Shown piece by piece: positions 1 to 9,070 of a stretch of DNA of 64,000 bases. The notes below the pieces were generated by a model, which ran no database searches, was not told the DNA's origin, and worked only from the letters and a program-made list of their open reading frames with translations. Numbering within the stretch: the stretch's first letter is position 1; every line of letters begins with the position of its first letter. The position numbers and the translations under genes were made by a program. Origin of the DNA: Candidatus Bathyarchaeota archaeon (GTDB lineage: Archaea; Thermoproteota; Bathyarchaeia; TCS64). Location of the stretch: assembly GCA_041304325.1 (NCBI GenBank), contig JBFYNP010000071.1, forward strand, positions 6,444 through 70,443, written 5' to 3'.

Positions 1-2
1 TA

Positions 3-746
3 GCTCCAGTTCACCTCTTCGGAAATTCAGCTGACATGGATGCCATCTATGACCTCGCTAAAGATCATAACCTTATCATAGTAAATGACTGCGCTCAAGC
101 ACACGGTACACTATACGACGGTAAAGACTTAGGATCCTTTGATGGTTTGAACTGCTATAGTTTCTACCCCACTAAATCGATGACTACTGGAGAAGGAGGA
201 ATGGTAACAACAAATGACCCTGAGCTGAATCGACTTGGCTGCCTCCTACGAAGCCATGGAGACGATGCTCGATACCATCACATAATATTCGGGTTAAATT
301 ATCGGACAACCGACATCGCCTCAGCAATTGGATTAAATCAACTTGAGCAACTAGACAATTTTATTAAAAAACGGCAAAGCTTAGCTCAAATACTATTTAA
401 AGGCCTAAAAATGATTGAGGGAGTACACCATCAAGAAACTACCAAAAAATGCACCCATAGCTATAGTTACTTCAGCATCGATCTCAACCTGAATTTATTC
501 AAATGCACAAGAGATGAATTCATGAAAGCTCTCCAAGCAGAAAATATCGATTGTGGAATACACTATCCTTTAGCCTTGACTAAACAACCGGTTGTAGAGC
601 GACTTTTAAAACCAAAATCATGTCCTGTATCTGAAGATCTATCCAAGCGGATTCTTAGTCTTCCAATGCACCCATATCTTTCGAATGAGGAAGCGCATCT
701 CGTTGTTGATGCCGTAAAAAAAGTTGCAACCCACTACTATAAATGA
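3..746 (+). CDS. DegT/DnrJ/EryC1/StrS-family PLP-dependent sugar aminotransferase, C-terminal part (5' end lies outside the window)
   Basis: The frame is open from base 3 (APVHLFGNSADM...) into listed ORF 36..746. Family-typical motifs are NDCAQAHG and YSFYPTKSMTTGEGGMVTTND. Confidence 0.8.
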   Translation, partial: APVHLFGNSADMDAIYDLAKDHNLIIVNDCAQAHGTLYDGKDLGSFDGLNCYSFYPTKSMTTGEGGMVTTNDPELNRLGCLLRSHGDDARYHHIIFGLNYRTTDIASAIGLNQLEQLDNFIKKRQSLAQILFKGLKMIEGVHHQETTKKCTHSYSYFSIDLNLNLFKCTRDEFMKALQAENIDCGIHYPLALTKQPVVERLLKPKSCPVSEDLSKRILSLPMHPYLSNEEAHLVVDAVKKVATHYYK

Positions 747-850
747 ATCCTGACTATTCGCGCATGCGAACGAAGTTTAGGTAATTTTTATATATGAAAT
801 GTTTTTAACCAATTGTTAATTCCTATTATACACACATTTTCTCTAGATTA

Positions 851-905
851 TTATTGACGTTTCATTTACATCATAATTCATTTAATTTTATTGTCGTTTC
901 ATTAT
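851..905 (+). promoter_or_regulatory. Two copies of an 18-nt direct repeat (TTATTGACGTTTCATTTA / TTATTGTCGTTTCATTAT), starts 37 nt apart, upstream of the flippase gene
   Basis: Read directly at 851-868 and 888-905. 15 of the first 16 positions are identical. The repeats lie 85-140 nt upstream of the GTG at 990 in an AT-rich spacer. Confidence 0.25.
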
Positions 906-989
906 CAAATCTAGGGGTTTCTTTATTTGTCATATAGCATGGTATGTTTAGATATTAGGTGAGGCGCACTGTCTGAGGACCTGTCAGTT

Positions 990-2528
990 GTGGTGAAAGG
1001 GTCAGCTCGGGGTAGTCTCTTCCTTATGGTGGGGCAGGTCGTCGGAACGGTTGTCTCCGCATTAACCGTAATACTCGTTGCCAGGTTACTCGGCTCTGAG
1101 CTTTACGGCAAGGTAGCTATCGCAATGATACCGGTTGACCTCGCCTTACTTCTTCAGGATCTCGGCGTAAAGACGGCTTTGATGCGGTTTAGTGGCAGGT
1201 ACCGGAGAGAAGGACGTACCGCTGAACTTCGTATACTCATCTCAACAGGCTTGGTCTTTTCCGCCTCGGTTGCTCTAATACTAAGCGCAGCACTATTCGT
1301 CTTCGCTGAACCTGTGGCAAATGTCTGGCTCAGGCGACCCGACTTAGAGCCTCTAATCAGGGTAGCGTCAATCCAGATCTTAGGACAAGGACTGCTGACC
1401 TCTATACAAGCGGTCCTCGTAGGGTTTGAGTTGATGAGCCTCCACGCCGCATCGCAGATATTATGGTCCATTCTAAGGGTTTCAATCGTATTTCCACTCA
1501 TAATGTACGGCTTCGGTACGTATGGCCCAGTCATAGCAAGCACAGCCTCATTTCTAATTGTCGGAATAACATTCATACTTTTATTCTTCCGCAGAGTCAA
1601 ATTTGATCCAAAAATCAAATCCGAAGGTTTCTCCCAATCATTAAAACATATTCTGATGTTTGGTTTGCCACTCTACGGAGGTAGCATCGTAAGCGGTGGA
1701 CTAAGCCAGATCTACAGTACTTTAATGGCTACTAACGTATCCACGGAGCTCATCGGCAACTACAGCGCAGCCTTGAATTTCACGGTTCTAATCAGTTTTT
1801 TCACAATGCCAATCAACCTGACATTGTTTCCATTGTTCAGTAAAATGGGTAGATTCGACCCAGGGCTTGAAACCCTCTTCCAAAACGCCGTGAAGTACAC
1901 CAACATGGTAGTAACACCCATCACCGCCTACATTATTCTCATCTCATCACCAATGACGAACATCATATACGGAGATGGATACCCCTTTGCCTCCCTCTAT
2001 CTAAGCATGATTCTCATAACCCAACTCTTTGAAGGGCTTGGAGGAGTCTCACTGGGTAATCTGATATTGGGATTAGGCGAATCGCGCGTCATATTCAACT
2101 CTAATGTTATCCAGCTGCTCATTGGCGTGCCGCTTAGCCTTATGCTCGTACCTCGGTTCCAGATAGTCGGATTAATCGCATCGATGATCATCGCTCCTCG
2201 CATTAGCCTACTTTATCAGCTCTTCTGGCTGAGAAAAAGTACCGGCTTTAAGATCAAACTAGGAGATTCAGCCCGCATCTATCTTTGCGCCTTAGCTGCT
2301 TTCATAATCAGCTACTTGACACTTACACTACTTCACCTTGACAGCTGGTTCAGTCTATTAGCTGGTGGAGCTTTATTCTTCACCACATATTTCATAGCCC
2401 TCCCTTTTAGTGGCATTCTTAAACATCTTGATATCCAAATACTAAGTGAGATCGTAGGCATCACCGGACCTATAGCACCGGTTCTCAGATTAGTGCTCTC
2501 ACTGATGAACCGCTTGGGAAGAAGTTAA
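990..2528 (+). CDS. Polysaccharide/oligosaccharide flippase (Wzx-like, MOP superfamily) membrane protein
   Basis: 512 aa, highly hydrophobic, with roughly 12-14 predicted TM stretches. The N-terminus GSARGSLFLMVGQVVGTVVSALTVILVARLLG is typical of polysaccharide biosynthesis proteins. It sits next to a DegT-type aminotransferase. Confidence 0.7.
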   Translation: MVKGSARGSLFLMVGQVVGTVVSALTVILVARLLGSELYGKVAIAMIPVDLALLLQDLGVKTALMRFSGRYRREGRTAELRILISTGLVFSASVALILSAALFVFAEPVANVWLRRPDLEPLIRVASIQILGQGLLTSIQAVLVGFELMSLHAASQILWSILRVSIVFPLIMYGFGTYGPVIASTASFLIVGITFILLFFRRVKFDPKIKSEGFSQSLKHILMFGLPLYGGSIVSGGLSQIYSTLMATNVSTELIGNYSAALNFTVLISFFTMPINLTLFPLFSKMGRFDPGLETLFQNAVKYTNMVVTPITAYIILISSPMTNIIYGDGYPFASLYLSMILITQLFEGLGGVSLGNLILGLGESRVIFNSNVIQLLIGVPLSLMLVPRFQIVGLIASMIIAPRISLLYQLFWLRKSTGFKIKLGDSARIYLCALAAFIISYLTLTLLHLDSWFSLLAGGALFFTTYFIALPFSGILKHLDIQILSEIVGITGPIAPVLRLVLSLMNRLGRS

Positions 2529-2813
2529 ATAAACATCACCAAAAAATGGTGAAAAGACAAATACATCTCTCAGTATCAAAACAAAACTTTCTTCCATGAC
2601 ACGCGCAAGTGAGTATTGAAAGATAAAAATTGCTTTACTTCCTTTTCTAGAATAATAGAATACAAAAAACTATTTATGAAGTTTGAATGATTTGAAAACG
2701 AAGCATGCGGAGGCGTTTACCATAGGAGCGCACAGCCATGACAACTACACAGCACAGGTCAATAAGAGTAAAAACCTGTAATTATTTAAATTCCGAAAAA
2801 CCTCTGTGAGTCT

Positions 2814-3653
2814 ATGAAGCACTATTTCGAGGCTAATAAGCGGCGATGGAACGAACTCGTAGAGATCCACACAAAGTCAGGAGGATACGACGTCGAAGGC
2901 TTCCTGAAAGGTAAAAACACTCTTCACAGCATCGAAATAGACGCCCTCGGCGAAGTTAAAGATAAAACACTACTTCACCTGCAATGCTACTTTGGTTTAG
3001 ATACCTTCAGCTGGGCTCGCCTCGGAGCTAAAGTGACTGGAGTCGACTTCAGTGACAAAGCGCTAGAGTTGGCAAGAATAATCAACGAGAAGACTAATCT
3101 CGGCGCCGAGTTCATAAACTGCAACATCTATGATCTTCCTAAACAACTCGATAAAGAATACGATATCGTCTACACGAGTTATGGCGCACTTAACTGGCTC
3201 AACAACATCGAAGAATGGGCACGCATCGCCGCCAGCTACCTAAAACCTGGAGGTACATTCTTCATCGCCGAGTTCCATCCCTTTCCTTGGATATTCGACT
3301 ACGATCACCCCAAAGAGCTCGTCATCAAATACGAGTACTGGCATAAGGATGAGCCTGACTTCGACGACAACCCCGACGCCTATGCATCTGGGGGGTTGAA
3401 GCTAAAGAACACCGAAGAGTACGGATGGGCTCACCCCATTGGCACCGTAATCAACGCCTTAATCAACGCTGGCCTCACAATCCAATGGCTACGTGAATAC
3501 CCATTCAGCGTAGATCAGGACCAATTCAAGTTCATGGTGAAGGATCCTGAAGGCTACTGGAGGCTCCCCGGAGACCCGGTTCCCCTCATGTACAGTATCA
3601 AAGCAACAAAACCCAACCACGCGCGCGCGCGGCTTAACGGACAGCAGCGGTAA
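2814..3653 (+). CDS. Class I SAM-dependent methyltransferase
   Basis: SAM-binding motif I region LLHLQCYFGLDTFSWARLGAKVTGVDFSDKALELAR, and motif post-II YDIVYTSYGALNWL. The last ~12 codons (NHARARLNGQQR) read through a (CG)6 tract into a pseudogene remnant. Confidence 0.75.
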   Translation: MKHYFEANKRRWNELVEIHTKSGGYDVEGFLKGKNTLHSIEIDALGEVKDKTLLHLQCYFGLDTFSWARLGAKVTGVDFSDKALELARIINEKTNLGAEFINCNIYDLPKQLDKEYDIVYTSYGALNWLNNIEEWARIAASYLKPGGTFFIAEFHPFPWIFDYDHPKELVIKYEYWHKDEPDFDDNPDAYASGGLKLKNTEEYGWAHPIGTVINALINAGLTIQWLREYPFSVDQDQFKFMVKDPEGYWRLPGDPVPLMYSIKATKPNHARARLNGQQR

Positions 3654-4427
3654 CTACAAGATCATAACAAACCTAGAAACAGGCACATACAACCTAACTA
3701 CACCAAACGCTAAAGGCTACATCTCTAGAGAAGCCATCCCGATTTCAGTGACCGCGGGCGTTGAAACGAAAAACATAAACATAGTTCTAGCTAAATCCGG
3801 AGTAATCACAGGGAAAATAACATCCACAGTGGGGGGTCAACCTCTTAAAGGCATCACTGTTTACGCTATGGGCGATAATGATGAAGGCTTGCACCGCCCA
3901 AACAGATGTGAACGGTAATTACCGCATAGACTCTGGACTAGGATCAGGAACATACACAATTAGAGCTATGTCAGGTATGAACTTTAACATGGTGCCAAAT
4001 ATCACCTTCACCGCGGGACAAGAAACATCGAACATCAACACAACTCTCACAGTAACCCCTCCAACACCCTCAGGAACTATAAAAGGCAGAGTAATCGATA
4101 TGAAAAATGAACCAGTTACTGGAGCCCAAGTTTCAGCATCCGGAACAGCTGGCTCAAAATCCGACACAACAGACAGCGACGGCTATTATGAGATCCTGAC
4201 GGCTTAGGAACAGGCACATACACCGTAAGCGTCACACGGTCGGGCTACGTTGACAAACAAAAAACGGGTGTCTCAGTCACAGTAGGAAGCATCACTTCTG
4301 GCGTGAACTTTCAACTACAGCTCTTACCAGCAGCGCAATCAGGCAAAATATACCCAGCTTCCCAGTCGAAGCAACAATCATTTCAATGCTAATAGTCATC
4401 ATATATCTTATAACCAGAAAACAATAA
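3637..4427 (+). pseudogene. 5'-truncated, multiply frameshifted remnant of a cell-surface protein built from CarboxypepD_reg-like beta-sandwich repeats with a C-terminal membrane anchor
   Basis: The same repeat type continues through frames 1, 2, 1 and 3. Frame 1 is 3637-3915 (TDSSGNYKIITNLETGTYNLT...GKITSTVGGQPLKGITVYAMGDN). Frame 2 is ORF 3878-4207 (TDVNGNYRIDSGLGSGTYTIRA...GRVIDMKNEPVTGAQVSASG...TDSDGYYEIL). Frame 1 resumes from 4201 (GLGTGTYTVSVTRSGYVDKQKTGVSV...VNFQLQ, stop 4390-4392). Frame 3 is 4350-4427 (IPSFPVEATIISMLIVIIYLITRKQ*). There is no start codon or signal peptide. Confidence 0.6.
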
Positions 4428-4586
4428 TCAAACACCCATCTTTACCTCAACACCGATTCTTTCTTATACATTCCAGAAGAGCACTCGAAAATAGACTTAA
4501 AATCATCTAGAAACTGTTAATTGAATTATACTCACAAACCATCCTTAAGAAAGGTGATCCGCCAACCAAAAACTAACAGGTCACTC

Positions 4587-4865
4587 TTAGGAGCCGTTCT
4601 TTAAAGCGAAATTCAGGATTTCCTTAAAAGCAAGTAAACCCAGAGTTTTCAGCATATTCTCATTTAGATACCAAACCCGATTATCATAGGTAACTAACCC
4701 AATTTTCCTAAGCCTCTTTAAAGCCCAAGAAATCTCATTGCTATCAAACATATAGATCGTCTTCTCTCTAATGTCCGTTATCGATACTTTACCGAACTTT
4801 AATAAACATTTGATAATATTTTCAAGTAAAAGAAGATCCTTATTCACTTCACTTCTGAAACCCAT
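4587..4865 (-). CDS. Small hypothetical protein, possibly winged-helix DNA-binding
   Basis: 92 aa. The stretch ISWALKRLRKIGLVTYDNRVWYL resembles a wHTH recognition helix plus wing. It lies in an AT-rich patch. No stronger evidence. Confidence 0.35.
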   Translation of the reverse strand: MGFRSEVNKDLLLLENIIKCLLKFGKVSITDIREKTIYMFDSNEISWALKRLRKIGLVTYDNRVWYLNENMLKTLGLLAFKEILNFALKNGS

Positions 4866-5131
4866 AGGTAACTAATCCTCCCAATTATACAAAACGACCT
4901 ATCGTTTTCATAATATATATCAGTTACCTTTCCGTCGAACACACGCCTTAAAATAAACCGGAAAAAATGTTTACTAGCACGCGAGTATAGCGTCAAAGTC
5001 GACAAAAAAATAATTATATTAACATATATTAAAACAAATTAATTAACTCTCAACAAGTGAGAGCGACCCAAGAAATATATATTACTATAGGTTACATTAT
5101 CATTTAGTCGACTCCAGAGGATTGCGAAACA

Positions 5132-5443
5132 ATGGAAAACTTCGTTAAAGGAAAGCTCAGTGCACGCGCAATAAAACTCGACGACATTACACCGGAATTA
5201 ATTAATCAAATACTAAATAGTCTAAACTTTGTTCAGAAGATATCACAAAAAATTTGGGGATATGTGTTTATCGATTACGTATTAATAGAGGGTTGGTCTG
5301 AGAAAACCCCCTTCTATTTATTCAGATGTGAGAAACATGGCTTAGAATTAGGTTACCCACACGGCCATGATATGAACCTTCTATGTCCCGATTGTCTAAA
5401 GGAAAAGTTAACAGAAATATCTAATAAAATTAAAGAAATCTAA
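5132..5443 (+). CDS. Small hypothetical protein with a C-terminal Cys/His cluster (possible zinc ribbon)
   Basis: 103 aa. FRCEKHG...GYPHGHDMNLLCPDCLKE gives C-x2-H ... C-x2-C spacing. It is convergent with the HerA-like ATPase. Confidence 0.35.
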   Translation: MENFVKGKLSARAIKLDDITPELINQILNSLNFVQKISQKIWGYVFIDYVLIEGWSEKTPFYLFRCEKHGLELGYPHGHDMNLLCPDCLKEKLTEISNKIKEI

Positions 5444-5455
5444 AAATGGGTTCTA

Positions 5456-7858
5456 TTAAACAGGCACCCACGCCAGAGCCAGTAACTCAATTTTAATATC
5501 TCCTCGATTCGGCTTTAACTCAATAACAGATGTCTCGCGTACCACATTTTCCCATTTTTGAGTGACCTTATCCACCTCGTGTTTAAGCACAGCCTCAATT
5601 TCGCTGATGTCTTTCTTAAGGTCCTTCAGTTTCTCCTGTGTTTCTTTGACATCGTTTTTCGCTTTCTCAGTCAGCCTATTTCTTCTGGAAGCCGAAGTTA
5701 TTCCTGTTGTTCTCTTACGCCCAATGAAGAACCCTAAAACGGTCTCACCAACCCCGAGATACTCTTCACGTTTACGGGCATCGTACTCTGCCTGGTCACT
5801 CGATAGGCTCCGCTCCAATGAACTTATCTTATCCTCAATTTTACCAATTTTAGCATCATAATCTTTCTGAATCGTATTTACCTGAGAATCTCTCCGCTCT
5901 CTGGCAGCATCTCTTAGACGAATTGTGAAAGCCCTTTCATCTTCACCTGACCGCTGGGTAACACCGAGATCTTTATGTGACAGAACCTTTAATCGAGAAT
6001 TAATAAGTAAGTAATCAACTAAAGATCGTCCGAGACGCTGAATTTTTTCGTTAGTATTAATTTGCTTCGGCACAGACTTGAACAGACCTTTAGCCTGGGG
6101 ATAACTCGTGTACCGAATGTTGTCAGGTGAAGGTTTTTGGGCATGATCCCATCTAGCTTCAACTTCATCGTTGGGTGAGAGAAATAATAATTCGTAGTTA
6201 TGATGGTCAACTCCAAGCTTCTTATCATAATACACCGTAGAGATCTTCGCCATCAACCGCGGCTCATATACATACTCTGTGCCTCCCCTATTCACTTGAG
6301 TTTGGTTGAAGGATGACCCCTCCCCTATTCTATCTGTAACATAGATCTGAGTAATTTTTTCATCGATACTGGGTGAGTTCGACGTAGCATCCTGGCGAGA
6401 AGGTGGAGAACTATGTGTTGGGGGTATAAGGCTTTGTACGGTTTGTTTATGCTTCATCAATTCACTGATCTGAGGTTTCGCTAACGGGCCCCTAAGGTAA
6501 CTCATAGCCCACCGAGACTGAAAAACAACCGGTGGACCTTGATGGATGTTATGCAATATGAAAACCCTACTCGATAATTTGTTAATTAATAAATCATAAT
6601 CGGTATCTCCAGAGCCTACTCCCGAAAGCATTATAGCGCCTTTAAGGCCTTCAATCACCTTCGCTTTATCTCTCTCCGCCTGAAGCTTACCAATAAACCA
6701 TGTTCCAGTGTTCGTTAACCCTTTATAATCGATATCCACCGGGTTCTGGGTGACAAGAGTCACACCCAGGCCAAACGCCCGAGCCTGTTTCAGCAAAGTC
6801 ATCAAAGGCTTCTTGGATGATGGCTCCGCCACAGGTGGCATAAAACCGAATACTTCATCGAAGTACAGGATCGCCCTAAGACTTGTAGTTCCCTGCTGCC
6901 GCCTCACCCAGGTGACAATACTCTCAAGGAGCAGAGTGACGAAGAACATTCTCTCATTGTCGCTTAGATGGGCTAGATAGAATATGCTGTGCCTCGGCTT
7001 ACCCTCAGCGTTAAAGAGCAGTTTATCGACATCCAGAGCTTCACCCTTAAGCCAACTAGCGAAGCTTGGTGAAGCCAGAAGAGTGTTCATCTTTATCGCT
7101 AACTGGAAACGATCCTTCGCCGGATAGAAAGCATCGATATCGAAGACCCCGAGTTTGGTGAAAGGCGGCTTCTGGATGGATGTGATCAGTTTCTCTAGAG
7201 TGATATCTTCGTTTCTACTCCAATAGTACTCGAAAATGTTTGAGAGCAGTATACCCTCAGGACTTGTAGCTGGATCCAGCTTTAACCCCATCAAATCTAT
7301 TAAAGCGGCTACAACCCCCTCTATTCGGTCGCGGGCAGCCTCACCATCCACACTGAAATCAATTTTTGGTGAAGCAAGACTGCTGAGTATGCTGACGGGT
7401 ACACCCGCCTCCGAGCCGGGGGTAAAAATAGTGTATTCCGTAGACTGTTTAAGCTGAGCTATGCGTTCCGAGTTCATACCCCATGATCCAAGCCCTGTTC
7501 TCCAAGTATCAGCGACACTGGAAGCGTATTCAGGGATACTCATTCCTTTTCGACGAGCATCATCAACATTAACCCATGGCTCAAAATCCTTTGGAGCTAA
7601 ATCAGGAAACTGAAGCAGAAGGTTAGTGATATCTCCTTTCGGATCGATAATTATAGCCGGGATCTTATCGAGGGCTGCCTCCTCCAGGAGACATACACAA
7701 AGACCAGTCTTCCCGCTGCCAGTCATCCCGAAGCAAACGGCGTGGGTTGTGAGGTCTCTAGCATCATAATTAATAGGCTCCTCAATTACTGCTCCTTTAG
7801 AGAGATCAAATTTTGCGCCAAGATAAAATGAACCGAGACGTTCAACAGGAGGCTTCAA
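5456..7858 (-). CDS. Large HerA/FtsK-superfamily P-loop ATPase (DUF87-like) with a C-terminal coiled-coil region
   Basis: Walker A GMTGSGKTG, followed by IPAIIIDPKGD. Walker B is AILYFDEVFGF. GVTLVTQNPVDIDYK is typical of HerA/VirB4-type ATPases. The C-terminal ~150 aa is rich in heptad-like charged repeats (KIGKIEDKISSLERSL..., KETQEKLKDLKKDISEIEAVLKHE). Confidence 0.7.
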   Translation of the reverse strand: MKPPVERLGSFYLGAKFDLSKGAVIEEPINYDARDLTTHAVCFGMTGSGKTGLCVCLLEEAALDKIPAIIIDPKGDITNLLLQFPDLAPKDFEPWVNVDDARRKGMSIPEYASSVADTWRTGLGSWGMNSERIAQLKQSTEYTIFTPGSEAGVPVSILSSLASPKIDFSVDGEAARDRIEGVVAALIDLMGLKLDPATSPEGILLSNIFEYYWSRNEDITLEKLITSIQKPPFTKLGVFDIDAFYPAKDRFQLAIKMNTLLASPSFASWLKGEALDVDKLLFNAEGKPRHSIFYLAHLSDNERMFFVTLLLESIVTWVRRQQGTTSLRAILYFDEVFGFMPPVAEPSSKKPLMTLLKQARAFGLGVTLVTQNPVDIDYKGLTNTGTWFIGKLQAERDKAKVIEGLKGAIMLSGVGSGDTDYDLLINKLSSRVFILHNIHQGPPVVFQSRWAMSYLRGPLAKPQISELMKHKQTVQSLIPPTHSSPPSRQDATSNSPSIDEKITQIYVTDRIGEGSSFNQTQVNRGGTEYVYEPRLMAKISTVYYDKKLGVDHHNYELLFLSPNDEVEARWDHAQKPSPDNIRYTSYPQAKGLFKSVPKQINTNEKIQRLGRSLVDYLLINSRLKVLSHKDLGVTQRSGEDERAFTIRLRDAARERRDSQVNTIQKDYDAKIGKIEDKISSLERSLSSDQAEYDARKREEYLGVGETVLGFFIGRKRTTGITSASRRNRLTEKAKNDVKETQEKLKDLKKDISEIEAVLKHEVDKVTQKWENVVRETSVIELKPNRGDIKIELLALAWVPV

Positions 7859-7965
7859 GCTATTATCGAAATATAGTAACTCCGAATAGTGATATGAGGC
7901 TTTTCGAAAAAGCTAAACGAGGCAAGTTTTTTCAAGGTTTAACCCAATAAGATAGACGATAACGA

Positions 7966-9027
7966 ATGGATTTCGTAGAGTTCAGTGATGCTCAGGTTAT
8001 AGATTGCCATGTGCACATGTGGATGCTTAAAAATATCATCGATGAGACCGCCCTTAAGAGCCAAGAGGAAGCCCTAGTTGAAGCCATCAACCATGGAAGG
8101 TTGAGTGGGATGTACACCTTTGGGAAACTGGGTCACCCAGCACTCCATCTGAAAGTTAAGCATCCGGGATTATTCTATGCCGGAGGATACGCTCCATGGA
8201 CTGGAGAAACAACTAGCTTCAAAGTCGACTGGCATAGCTACATCCAGTCCCTCATAAACCTAGGTTACGATGGTGTTGGAGAGATGGGATCCAAACCCGT
8301 CACACGTAGCAAACATACACCCCTCGACTCAAAATACTACAGTGGGTTCTGGGAGAGCTGTGAAACAGATCACTTTCCAGTTCTCTGCCACATCGGCGAC
8401 GTGGAGGATTTCTGGCACGAAGAACTTACACCTGAGTGGGCGAAGATCCGGGGATGGGGTTACTGGAAAGCCGATTATCCTCGGATGGAAGAGCTCTGGA
8501 CAGAGATTGAAAATGTCTTAGCCTCACACCCTAAGCTGAGGATAGTGCTATGCCACCTTCTCTTCATGTCACCGAACCTGGAACGACTCGATGACTTTCT
8601 AAAAGACTATCCGAACGCGAACATCGACTTATCCTTGGGAGTTGAACTCATGTACAACATCTCTCGTCGTCGAGACGACTGGAGGACATTAATCAGGAAG
8701 CATGATGACCGTTTCTTCTGGGGAACAGATCTGGGTATGAGCACAACCCTCCCACAACACCTCTCAAGATTCTGGCTTCTACGGAACTTTATCGAAACAA
8801 GCAAAGAATTCTACACACCAGCTGAAGCCGATGACCTTCTCACACGGTACAAGGAGCCTTACCTCGGACTCAGCCTACCTAAAACATCCTGTGAGAAGAT
8901 ATACTCAGATAACTTCAAACGGCTATGGGGAATGAAACCTAGAGAAGTAAATGTCAACGCAGCTATCCAGGCTTCAGAGCATCAAGGATTCAAAGCCATC
9001 TCCGAGGCCTTGAAGACGAAAAACTAG
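7966..9027 (+). CDS. Metal-dependent amidohydrolase-fold (TIM-barrel) hydrolase
   Basis: N-terminal VIDCHVHMW metal-binding HxH motif. Later conserved His/Asp positions are LCHIGD, VLCHLLF and WGTDLG. Confidence 0.6.
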   Translation: MDFVEFSDAQVIDCHVHMWMLKNIIDETALKSQEEALVEAINHGRLSGMYTFGKLGHPALHLKVKHPGLFYAGGYAPWTGETTSFKVDWHSYIQSLINLGYDGVGEMGSKPVTRSKHTPLDSKYYSGFWESCETDHFPVLCHIGDVEDFWHEELTPEWAKIRGWGYWKADYPRMEELWTEIENVLASHPKLRIVLCHLLFMSPNLERLDDFLKDYPNANIDLSLGVELMYNISRRRDDWRTLIRKHDDRFFWGTDLGMSTTLPQHLSRFWLLRNFIETSKEFYTPAEADDLLTRYKEPYLGLSLPKTSCEKIYSDNFKRLWGMKPREVNVNAAIQASEHQGFKAISEALKTKN

Positions 9028-9070
9028 TTCTTTTTTAAAGAGCCGTGCGAATACAAAGCCCTGATCCGAT

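Noticed and set aside
1154-2203. Minus-strand ORFs 1154..1618 and 1997..2203 inside the flippase gene.
   Set aside because: They are antisense shadows within a 512-aa membrane-protein ORF that has coherent TM structure. There is no independent support for them.
3878-4207. Listed 109-aa ORF as an intact gene.
   Set aside because: It lacks a signal peptide. The same repeat family continues upstream and downstream in other frames, so it is one fragment of the frameshifted pseudogene 3637-4427.
4996-5113. Two AGTCGAC heptamers and a 6-bp hairpin (CTCTCA-ACAAG-TGAGAG, 5047-5063) upstream of ORF 5132..5443.
   Set aside because: Short elements of this size are expected by chance in a 266-nt spacer. 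I saw no further copies or symmetry.
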